This document shows positions 52,793 through 64,000 of a stretch of 64,000 bases of DNA, piece after piece. Made by a program: the position numbers and the translations under genes. The first letter of the stretch is position 1; each line of letters begins with the position of its first letter. Source of the DNA: Octopus vulgaris (lineage: Eukaryota); contig OX597837.1 in the NCBI GenBank assembly GCA_951406725.2, positions 45,756,001 through 45,820,000 on the forward strand, given 5' to 3'. The notes under the pieces were generated by a model. That model had not been told where the DNA came from. It did no database searches and was given only the letters and a program-made list of their open reading frames with translations.

Positions 52793-53135
52793 TATATGTA
52801 TGTATGTATGTGTATGTATGTGTGTGTGTGTGAGTATGTATGTATGTATGTATGTATGTATACACACACATACACACTGTGGGAGTGTAAGTATATATGT
52901 TTGAGTATTTGTGAATTTATTGAATAGTGAATTATACTTCAGCCTGTCCACATTCGCCCCCCACTCTTCACCCTCACTGACCATCCACGTACCCCACCAC
53001 CACCACCCCCGACACTGACACACCAGCCAGTCTCTGATCTTTTGAAGCAGGAACACTTCAACCATTTCAGTGACACTGCATGACCTTTGAAGACCTTTGC
53101 AAACACTGACCACTCAAGCACAAGGGAAACACAAG

Positions 53136-53195
<60 letters not shown>

Positions 53196-53229
53196 TCTCA
53201 CCATAAGTACCATGGAACGTAGACAAATA

Positions 53230-53548
53230 TCATTATCATCATCAACATTATCATTGTTATAATAGCCATCAGTATCACATCATCTTATTCTCCTTCGTTG
53301 TTATTAATGTCATCACTGCCATCGTCATCATCATCACTGTCATCATTATAATCATCATCATCATCATAACCATCGTGAATATCATAATAATCATCATCAT
53401 CATCATCATCATAATGGCCTTCTTCATCATTAAGACCACAACCACTGTTGTTGTCGTCATCATTATCATCATCTGTCATAATCAACATTGTCATTACAAT
53501 CATCATCATCATCATCATCACCACTGTTATCATCATCATCATATCACG

Positions 53549-53579
<31 letters not shown>

Positions 53580-53680
53580 CCACCACTGTTATCATCATCA
53601 TCATATCACGATCATCATCATCATCATCATCATCACTGCTGTCATCATATTCTTCTTCGTCCCCCTCGTCATCATAATAG
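53230..53680. repeat. degenerate (CAT)n repeat
   Basis: Direct. Confidence 0.9.
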
Positions 53681-53977
53681 TCATTCTCCTCGTTATCTTA
53701 ACGTTAATTTATCTTCTGCTTTTACTCCATTGTCACATCAAATTACGGGGAATTGAAATTACAGAATACCTGCTCTCTCCCTCCCCACCTCCTTGATAAT
53801 TCTGTTACAATACCCCCACCTGCAGGTGAATTTCCAAATTCAATATTAGCTTACCACAGAAAGAGCTGTCACCAGGAAATATGCTTCATAGGAATTGGAA
53901 TAATATAAATGTAAGTTTAGAAACAGGTTTAATGAGAGAACGGATCCTTGTGGACGCTATTCAAGAGATTACAGAAT

Positions 53978-54304
53978 TTAACCATTGTGATACCAAACCA
54001 CTCGAGGACACCCTTGATTCTATGGCACAATCTTCTTGTCCGAAATTCAGACCTTTACATTCTAATAAACTCTTTATTATTTTCAAAAGTACTCGAAATA
54101 GTAAGAGTATTTCAAGAGAAATATGGTAATAAAATGGTTAAAGTGATCTAAAAATTTTGTACCAAAATTTCATGTTAATTTATGCTTGAAATATCAGATT
54201 CATAATGACAAAAAGTTATTTAAATAAATTCTTCAGTATTTCCAAAAATTAACGGAATCAAAGACAGTGAATTTCAATAGAAATATGGTAATAGAAGCAT
54301 TTAA
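53978..54304 (+). mobile_element. piggyBac-type MITE (53978-54141) plus a second 3' end
   Basis: TTAACCATTGTGATACC / GGTAATAAAATGGTTAA imperfect TIRs; AGAAATATGGTAATA repeated near 54280-54293. Confidence 0.55.
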
Positions 54305-54384
54305 TTAATGCCTGGTTGAACAACATAAGACTGACAACCCAAAAGGTAGTTCACTGACCATAGTCATGGACATGGCTACAGGAT

Positions 54385-54840
54385 GAGGCATGGCTGTGTG
54401 GTTAACAAGCTTGCTTTGCAACCACGTGGTTTCAGGTTCAGTCACACTGCACAGTACTACTAAAAGCCCCAAGTCAAACAATACTGTGTGACTGATTTTA
54501 GCAAACAGAAACTGAGAAACTGTGTGGAAGCCTGTCATACATACATATATATATATATATGTATGTATATAAATATATGTATGTATGTATGCTTGTATAC
54601 GTATATGTATAATGTGTGTCTTTGTGTGTATGCTTGTCCCTCCCCTTCCCACAGCTGCTTGACAACCAATGTTGGTTTGTTTATGTCCTCATGAATTAGA
54701 AGTTTCAGCAAAAAAGACTAAAAGAATAAATACCAGACTTCAAATACAATATGTACTAAGATCTATATGTTTGACTAAATCGCTCAAGGTGATGCCCCAG
54801 CATGGCCACAGTCAAATGACTGAAACAAACACAAGATTAA
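54385..54840 (+). mobile_element. SINE family A, diverged
   Basis: Head and tail motifs present. Confidence 0.75.
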
Positions 54841-56404
54841 AAAAAAAAATGCTGTGTCTATGACTACACCATACATCAATGTATTCTTTATCTTGAAAGA
54901 TAGGGTATCATTTCAGGGAGATTTGGCTGCTATTTCAAGCTGCTGGAAAAACAAGCCATGTAGAGGCTCCACTGAGTGGTGTTTGAGCAGAATAATAATA
55001 TGGTGAAGGCTAAACTGTTGTGATATGGAATCAACAGGAGAAAGAATAATGCGTGGTTTGAAGAATGAGCAGTTTGTTAAGTCTAGCGTAATGAACAGCC
55101 GCTTGGAGGCTCCTACTAAAAGCGAAATACTATGCTGCTGCTCTCACAGTTGCTGTTTCTGCTGTACGTGCGGATGTTAATAATGCTGATGATGTCAATG
55201 ATGCTGCTGGTGCTGGTGCTGTTGTTGCTGTTGTTGTTGTCGCTACTTAGCTTTTTGCCCTTCTGTGGTCAATACAAAATGTAGTTAAAAACTGATGACC
55301 CCCCCCCCCCATATTACTGACTGACTGATTGACCCTTTCCTCCAACCCCAACAAGGAAAAAAAATAGAATTTGCTGTAGCTTTGTACTAAACCTAGAAAC
55401 TGTTGTTGTTGATGGTGATGGTGGTGGGGGTGATGGCCATATTGATAAGATTGCCTGTGATGATGAGGAGGAGGAGGAAAGGGAGGGGTGGAGGAAAGGG
55501 AGGGGTAGAGGGGAGAAGGGAGAGAAGGAGAGGGGAGAAGGGGAGGAGGAGGAAGAGGAAAGGGGAGGAGGAGGAAGAGGAAAGGGGAGGAGGAGGAGGA
55601 GGAGGAGGATGGGATGACAGTGTATGTGATGACAGTTACACTCATGCTTAGAGAATGATGGTGGTGGTGGTGGTGGTGATTGTGGTGATGTCAACAATGA
55701 TGATGATGATGATGATGATGAAGGCAGTGGTGGTGGTGGTAGTGTTACTGGTGGTGATGGTGATGGTGACAGTGATTATGATGGTTACAATCATGTTGAA
55801 TGTTGATGCTGATGATGGTGATGATTAAAGGCAACAATGATTAGCATGTTGATGATGAGAATGATGACGAGGATGATGATGACGATAATGAGGATGATGA
55901 TGATGGCAATGAGGACGGCGATGACAGCCACAACAGTGATGATAACCCTCACCCCACCCCCCACCCCAACCCACCCCACCCCCACCACTCTGACCAAGCT
56001 CCTGCAAACCTTCATGGTTCATGTAACGTTCAGGTTACTGCTCTCCAGACAACACAGATGACCACCATCCCCAACTGCTGCTGCTGCTGCTGTTGTCTGC
56101 AGAATGGATCGAGCTCCACTGGAACCTGTGACCCAATCAAAGAGATCAAACAAAAGGAGCCTTCCTCATTAAACAACGTTAAATGACAAGCAATTTAGAT
56201 AATTATTTGCGGGGGAGGGTTTCTATCTTTGATTTCTATTCATTTCGTTTACTAAATGAAGAGTCGGAGCATGGTGGGGTGGGGGTGGAGACGGCAAGGG
56301 TGAAGGTGGTTGTGGTGGTGGTGGTGGTGGTGGTGGCGGCAATGATAATGAAGATGTTAGTGAAAGCAATGGTTACGATGGTGGTGGTGGTTTTTGGTGA
56401 TGCT

Positions 56405-57730
56405 TAACGAAATGCTTAGCGGTATTTTGTCTGTCATAACGTTCTGAGTTCAAATTCCGCCGAGGTCGACTTTACCTTTCATCCTTTCGGGGTTGATTAA
56501 ATAAGTACCAGTTACGCACTGGGGTCGATGTAATCGACTTAATACCTATGTCTGTTCTTGTTTGTCTCCTTCTATGTTTAGCCCCTTGTGGGTAATAAAG
56601 AAATAGGTAATATTGATGGTGTTAATCATAATAGTGATGGTGAAGGTAGTGGTTTTAGTGGTGGTGGTGATGGTGGAAGTGATGGTAGGGGTGAGGGTAG
56701 TGTGCTGACAGGAGTGGTGGTGGTGGCGGTGGTAATGATACAGCCTCTTCTCTGCGACTGGAATTTAATGAGAGAGAGAGGTGATGAGTCTAGCGTGAGT
56801 AAAGGGATCCAATTCCTTTGACCACCATCCGACAAACTGGCAACATCATTGGCATTCCCTTCATCTTTATGTTCTGAGTTCAAATCCCACCAAAGCCAGC
56901 TTTGCCTTTCATCTTTTCAGGGTCAATAAATAAAATAAGTACCGGTCAAGTACTAGGGTCAATGTAATCAATTAGCCCCCCACCCCTCTCCCTAAACTTT
57001 TCAGTCCTTGTGCCTAATCCTCATCTATTGTTATTAATGAAGGCTGAGGGCTGGCAGAATCCTCAGCAGCATTTTGTCCATCTTTACATTCTGCCAAGGT
57101 TGACTTTGCCTTTCATCCTTTAGGAGTCAATGAAATAAATACCAGTTGAGTACTGGGGTCGATTTAATCAACTTATCCCCAACCCCAAGCTATCAGGCCT
57201 TGTACCTCTCCCACGTGTTTTTGGTCTTAAATTGTCATCAATGCTTCTGTGACTATGTTTTTTTTTTTCTATGGAAGAGTATTGACCCCTATGCAAACCC
57301 ATTTTAACCCCCTGGGAAGAGGTGGTCCATAGTGTTCTGACCTCTGTCTATTGACCAGAAGCTTGCACTCCACTGGCAAAGCTTAAGAGTCATTGAGGCA
57401 TGCAAGGTACCACATCAAAACAAGGACTGGAACTTGTGATGGCTAGGGTTATGTAGGACTACATTATCCAATGTACCCTTCTATTTAAGATGCTACACTA
57501 ATGATGCATCATCGTTGCCTTCATCATCATCATCATCATCATTGTCATCATCATCATCACTACCTATTTCTTTACTACCCACAAGGGGCTAAACATAGAG
57601 GGGACAAGCAAGGACAGACAAACGGATTAAGTCGATTACATCGACCCCAGTGCGTAACTGGTACTTAATTTATCGACCCCGAAAGGATGAAAGGCAAAGT
57701 CGACCTCGGCGGAATTTGAACTCAGAACGT
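56405..57730. mobile_element. cluster of SINE B copies: 56405-56607 (+), 56860-57015 (+), 57038-57205 (+), 57562-57730 (-)
   Basis: Each carries CTTT(G/A)CCTTTCATC(C/T)TTT or its complement. Confidence 0.8.
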
Positions 57731-58182
57731 TACCACTGCCATCATCATCATCATTATCATCATCACTACCACCACCACCACTATCATCATCATCATCACC
57801 ATCATCATTGCTGTTGTAACTGCCATCAACACCAACACCACACTGCAGCGTTGTTGCTTACTACTTCAACCTATCAAAACTACTAAGATCACTAAGAACA
57901 ACTACCACCACCATCACCATCACTCCAAAACCTGCTACTACTACCAGAACCACCACCACCACCACCACACTATGCATGCTATGTATACAATTAGATCAGC
58001 TTCAGCAGTAATCTGAATTGATAATTTTAAATTATCATTTTATTAAATGAATATTTATCACCTTGTTTCCTATTTATGTATATGTGTATGTTATGCATGG
58101 CTGGTCACTTAGGAATACAAAAACACACACATATATATATACAAATATATACATGTATATATGCATGTATGTGTATATATAT

Positions 58183-58256
<74 letters not shown>

Positions 58257-58315
58257 CACGAAAGGATGGTGTTAATCATATAATAATATAAATATATATA
58301 TATTATTTTATATAT

Positions 58316-58386
<71 letters not shown>

Positions 58387-58435
58387 CATACATATATATC
58401 ATATATATACATATATAATATATATATATATATAT

Positions 58436-58471
<36 letters not shown>

Positions 58472-58480
58472 CATACATTC

Positions 58481-58514
<34 letters not shown>

Positions 58515-58534
58515 GCACACACACAAATTCAAAC

Positions 58535-58583
<49 letters not shown>

Positions 58584-58699
58584 AAACTTACTTGGAAAAG
58601 GATGCGTGGTGTTCAATCATATAATAATATAAATAGTATATATATTATTTATATTATATATATACATTTTGCCAGCTATATATATATATATATATATAC

Positions 58700-58740
<41 letters not shown>

Positions 58741-58750
58741 TTTGTCATCA

Positions 58751-58788
<38 letters not shown>

Positions 58789-59372
58789 TTTATTTTCATG
58801 ACTGTTTTTCCCTATTTTCATGGTTCACTAAATTTGCGCTCTTTTGGCTGTGTAAGAAATTATTAATTACAATGCACCAACAACATATAGCAACACCAGT
58901 ATAGAGTGCAGCACGGTCTATGGTGCACCAGCAATGCACAATGCAACACAGTTCATAGCGAATCAACAAGAAATGCACTTTTCTGCAGTGAACCAGTGCA
59001 GAGAATTGCACAGCTTTAATGCATCTTTATGTAACAGAATCCAGTAGAGTAGGGTCTTGTTTGGGAGTTTCAGGGTTTTGAAGAATGTGGAACCGCTTCT
59101 TAGCCAGTATTGTTCCCAGGTCTAATCTGACCCACTTCATTAGCCCCTGTAAAGGTCCCACCTATGGACTAATCAACATCTCATGGAATTGCATCCAGAA
59201 GATGGTCATTCACAGACAACCCAAAGGACCCGGAACAGATTGCTGATTTAGACAGTAATTTTGAGACACCAGGGAGGTCTTCCATAGCAGACCAACCTCT
59301 AGATTCTCAGCATCTGCACAACTGGTTGCAAGAATGTTGTTGCTCTTAACCACCACCAGTATTATACAGAAT

Positions 59373-59586
59373 AAGGCGGCGAGCTGGTAGAAACGTTAGT
59401 GCGCTGGGCGAAATGCGTAGCCGTATTTCGTCTGACGTTACGTCCTGAGTTCAAATTCAGCCGAGGTCGACTTTGCCTTTCATCCTTTCGGGGTTGATAA
59501 ATTAAGTACCAGTTACGCACTGTGGTCGATATAATCGACTGCCCCCCTCTCCCCAAAATTTCAGGCGTTGTGCCTAGAGTAGAAAA
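59373..59586 (+). mobile_element. SINE family B, alternative tail, with 15-bp TSD
   Basis: TSD AGTATTATACAGAAT (59358-59372) / AGTATTTTACAGAAT (59586-59600). Confidence 0.9.
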
Positions 59587-59877
59587 GTATTTTACAGAAT
59601 GCTACCATAAAAGTTAAAGAGGTTGCATTGCCTACAGGTAGAGAGAGCCCAGATTGTCTGACATCCAGGTGCACAGGTATAATCTTTGTTAGAGCAAGGA
59701 ATTCAACTCTGCCAAAAGTGACAGGCCATAATTAAATGTACCTGAAATATATATCAGGCATGGCTGTGTGGTTCAAAGTCTACTTCCTAGCCAGATATTT
59801 CCTTTCCAGAAGATGGTCACTCAGAGACACTCCGGTAGACCCAGGGTAGATGAGGTCCTTTAGTTCTTTAGCTGCAT

Positions 59878-60032
59878 ATAGGCGTAGGAGTGACTGTGTG
59901 GTACGTAACTTGCTTACCAACCACGTAGTTCCGGGTTCAGTCCTACTGTGTGGCACCTTGGGCAAATGTCTTCTACTACAGCCTCGGGCAGACCAAAGCC
60001 TTGTGAGTGGATTTGGTAGACGGAAACTGAAA
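59878..60032 (+). mobile_element. SINE family A 5' half
   Basis: Head through GACGGAAACTGAAAG. Confidence 0.8.
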
Positions 60033-60494
60033 GTAGAGGCACATGTGGAGGATGCTACAGGGAGTTTTCAGATTTGACCCTGTAGAAGATAGCCATAGGT
60101 TCTGTCTTGCTGAATAGAGAGGTCCACCACAATCCCACATACTGTATTTGTCTGTGTGTCTCTCTGCCTCTGTGCCTTGTTCATTGACCAAGCTTCTCTC
60201 CCTCTTACTCCATCTGCTCCCATCTTCAGCCTTGCAACCGGCCGTCTTCCCATTTCTCATCACTGGTAACAGATTCCCAAGACTCCTCAATCTCCAAACA
60301 TCTCTCACGGCAAACAAACTCTTATGTCAGAAGCAGCTGCGGCAGTCTTCTACATCGCACCAACCTCCACCCCACCCCACTCTCCTGACTGTCATTGCTT
60401 CTCCTGTGCAACTGACATCTATCTCCCACTTCACCTCTCTCTCTCTCTCTCTCTCTCTCTCAGATACTCCTATTAGTATTACACCTATTAAATA

Positions 60495-60965
60495 GACAAC
60501 TACTATCACCACCACCACCACCAAAACTACCGTCACTACTACTACCACCACCACTAACACCACCATCCCCACTACCACTTCCATCACCACCACCACCACC
60601 AAAACTACCATCACTACTACTACCACCACCACCTATACCACTACCGCCACAGCTTTTATTATAAGCAACAACAATACCACCAACACAACCAATACTACCT
60701 CCATCACCACTTCTGCAGACACCACTACCATCAATACCACCATCACCACCAATACCACTGACATCACTATCATTACCACTAATATCACCACTACAACCAA
60801 CTACATGACTACTACTGCCATTACTACCTTTACCAACACCACCACCACTGCCAAAACTACCACCAACACCAAGTTAACTACCACGACTAGCGGCAGCGGC
60901 GGTGGTGGTGGTGGTGGTGGTGGTGGGGCGGCGGTGACAGCAGCAGTGGTGGTGGTGATGATGAT
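60495..60965. repeat. (ACC/ACT)n degenerate repeat followed by (GGT)n
   Basis: Direct. Confidence 0.9.
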
Positions 60966-61369
60966 GGTTCCCCAGTCTGTTTTTGAAACTTTTTTTCCCA
61001 CCAAGAATTTATTCACCTGCAGACAATATTTCAAGTTTCCTGTTTGACAAGGAATGTAAAATATTGCTGCGCTGAGTCAAGATATCATATTTCTCGGTGA
61101 AGAATGGGCTGCATTTCTTTTGATCACAGTGAAGTAACTTAAAAGAACTGGGAAGACAAATTTTCACTGCCTTACTCAATTTCCCTACTAAATAATCATT
61201 TTCAAAGCAAACATAATCCATGAAGTTCTTTGACACAAATAAAGTTAACGTAAGTCATAGTCGCTTTAGTAGCAGCACTTTTCACTTACATATATATATC
61301 TGCCAAATCACATTCACTTCCATAACCAACTTGCAATTTCAAAACTATACAAAATTATAGGATTCTGCT

Positions 61370-61487
61370 TGTTCCTAATACTAGCTTAATGATAACTAAG
61401 TTATTTTACTGAATTATTTGTTATATTTAAAATTAATTGAAAGAAACACAGAGCATCTCAAAATAAATACAGTAACGAAAGGGTTAA
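61370..61487 (+). mobile_element. piggyBac-type MITE 3' half
   Basis: Matches 26997-27113 including GTAACGAAAGGGTTAA. Confidence 0.8.
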
Positions 61488-61544
61488 AGCCTAATGAAAA
61501 AGTAGGAATTGTATCATTCATATATATATATATATATATATAGT

Positions 61545-61768
61545 CGCCATGATAGATCGTTAGCCACTACACACATTTTTTTCTCCCCTCGTTTCTCTCC
61601 TTTTTTCTCTCCTCATTTCTCTCCTTGCTTTTTCTGTGTCCCTTTCTGTAGAAGAGCGTAGGCTCGAAACATAAAAGACTTTTTCTATTCCTGAGCGTTA
61701 TACTAATACATCTGTTTGTTTTGTATACCACCTGTCTTCGTCTTTTGTTTTTTTTCGTAAACTCTCCC
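61545..61768 (+). mobile_element. PLE terminal repeat family F with hammerhead-like motif (61642-61677)
   Basis: CTTT-CTGTAGA-AGAGCGTAGGCTC-GAAACATA-AAAG; (TA)n on both sides. Confidence 0.7.
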
Positions 61769-61785
61769 TATATATACACACACAC

Positions 61786-61821
<36 letters not shown>

Positions 61822-61825
<4 letters not shown>

Positions 61826-62200
61826 GGGTCTCTTGGAATAAACTATCTATTTGAGTGAAATCAGGCAGTTTTTTTTTGAAACTCACTTTTATGCTTACCA
61901 TGTTTAATATGTGTTAAAAGTGTATAAATTTTCAGCTTTCTTTATATTTCTATAATTCTTATAATTTAAACTTAATTCCAGCTGGATTCTGCTTATTTGT
62001 GCATGACAGATTCATTTTAATTTGGCTGCAATCATTTTCTCTATCTCCACCCCCATGATGGAGCAATAGTTTACCTGAACTTAGAGAATGCATTCAGCTA
62101 GCAGTGCAGGAGGTAACCTCTGAAATGCTTCAAAATGTGTTGAGGATAGATTTGAAATTTTCAGGGATACAGACAAAGCACATGTTCAAAATATTCAATA
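61822..62200 (+). mobile_element. decayed Tc1/mariner-superfamily element
   Basis: CAGGGT end after TA repeats (similar TACAGGGTG end at 44391); peptide NSLPELRECIQLAVQEVTSEMLQNVL resembles a DDE transposase C-terminus. Confidence 0.45.
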
Positions 62201-62915
62201 AAGCTTTCACATAAGATTTATAAATCTATGTTTCAGTATCATAATTAAATAATAAACATAAAATTCTGTCAGTTTTTTTTTCTTTTTTCTTTTCTTTTTT
62301 TTTTTGGCCAATTCCAATGAAAACAGATCGTTAATTCTGAGACATCACATATTATGACAACCTTGCTTCTAATCTCTGTCAGAACTGGAACAAATGGCTC
62401 AGGAGTCCAGGCACAGGATCAAATAGTACTAAGGAGGTCAGGCCTCGGAGGTTTAAGTCCTAAACAAGTACTGTTAGAAAGATTTGTGTCAGTCGACAAC
62501 CTTGCTCTAGATACTATAATAGTAATTGCAACAGACAAGTAACGCTGCCTGCCACACCCTGTCCTCCTATTAATTGCAATAATGAGCACAGATTTGTACA
62601 CCGTTTTCTTTTGTTGTTCCACAATTTCCAATAATTAAATTATTGATTCCTGACCGAGATACAATGCCCATGTTCTCTGGGGGGTGGGAGGATGGAATCA
62701 GTATTCTTTATTGCATCATAGAGAGTGTGTGTGTGTGCTTATGTCTATATATATATAACAGTATGTGTATATAGGTATATATAATCATACTCATCTTCAT
62801 CATTTAATGTCTGCTCTCCATGCTGGAGTGGATTAGACATGTATGTATGTATGTATGAATATATACATATATATACATCATCATCATCATCATATATATA
62901 TATATATATACATAC

Positions 62916-64000
62916 ACAAACCCCTTCAGGTAGATGGCCCTGCTCCAACTGTAGAAAAGGCATAGGTAGAAATTCCAGAAGATGTACCCAGTGTAAGTTA
63001 TGGACACATAAGAGGTGCAGCAATATCAAAGGAACGCTAACTGGGAAAACAGTTTTTGTGTGTGGCAAATGTTCAGGAGCAAGAAACACTGGAAATATGC
63101 AGAGAACAGCTTCCATCACATGCCAAGGAAAAAAAACTAGAAGTAGTTGATAGCTTCCGTTACCTAGGTGACCAAGTCAGTAGCAGGGGAGGGTGCACTG
63201 AAAGTGTAGATGCTAGAATAAGAATAGCCTGGGCAAAGTTCAGAGAGCTCCAACCTCTGCTGGTGACAAAGGGCCTCTTGCTCAGAGTAAAATGTAGACT
63301 GTATGATGCATTTGTATGAACAGCCATGCTACATGGAAGTGAAACATGGGCCATGACTGCTGAGGACATGTGTAAGCTTGCAAGAAATGAAGCCAGTATG
63401 CTCCGATGGATGTGTAATGACAATGTGTAAGCGCCCTGAGAGAAAAGTTGAATTTAAGAAGCATCAGATGTGGTGTGCAAGAGAGACGACTGCGCTGGTA
63501 TGGTCATGTGTTGCATATGGATGAGGACAGCTGTCTGAAAAAGTGTCACACCCTAGCAGTTGAGGGAACCTGTGGAAGAGATAGACCCATGAAAACCTGG
63601 GATGAGGTGGTGAAGCACGACCTTCGAACATTGGGCCTCACGGAGGCAATGACAAGTGACTGAGACCTTGGGAAATATGCTTTGCTTGAAAAGACCTGGC
63701 AAGCCAAGTGAGACCATAACCCATGGCCTATGCCAGTGCAGCATAACTGGCCCATTTAAGAGTAGCCTTCAATCATTGGGCAATAAACTGCACTTGCAAA
63801 GACCTGTTGAGTAAAGTGAAGTCATTGTCATGGCCGATGCCAGTACCAGTTGATTGGCACCCATGTCAGTAATCACATAAAAAGCACCCACTACATTCTC
63901 AGAATGGTTGGCATTAGGAAGGGCATCCAGCTGTAGAAACCTTGCCAGTGCAGATTGGAGCCTGGTGCAGCCTTCAGGCTTGCCACCCCTCAGTCAAACC
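62916..64000 (+). mobile_element. 5'-truncated RTE-clade LINE: RT C-terminal half with PHD-like finger plus 3' UTR (runs off the window)
   Basis: LEVVDSFRYLGD, RIRIAWAKFREL, LHGSETW, RRLRWYGHVL, GRDRPMKTWDEVV; frameshifts and stops. Confidence 0.9.

Noticed and set aside
62354-62631. Unique GC-balanced stretch with short ORFs on both strands
   Set aside because: No homology recognised and splice signals are weak; cannot be supported as an exon

Overview
AT-rich, microsatellite-saturated eukaryotic non-coding DNA. The repeat families resemble those I recall from Octopus genomes, so a coleoid cephalopod origin is an inference. There is no intact host gene, rRNA, functional tRNA or CRISPR array; nearly all listed ORFs are microsatellite artefacts. 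The window holds about 40 copies or fragments of four tRNA-derived SINE families (my labels A-D), RTE-clade LINE relics (one with a C4HC3 PHD-like finger inside the RT region), mariner and Tc1 transposase relics, piggyBac-type MITEs and Helitron ends. It also holds many Penelope-like element (PLE) remnants: two decayed RT plus GIY-YIG ORFs and numerous terminal-repeat fragments sitting in (TA)n tracts. The most striking signal is a set of minimal type-I hammerhead ribozyme motifs in those PLE tails. They include a 369-bp palindrome whose two arms differ only inside the ribozyme, a multi-copy family with a non-canonical CUGU(A/G)GA core, and a PLE tail with a tRNA-like Pol III promoter upstream of a ribozyme remnant. 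A CpG-rich candidate first exon at 9073-9152 in a SINE-poor zone suggests much of the window may be intron of a + strand gene. All calls were made by eye and repeat boundaries are approximate.
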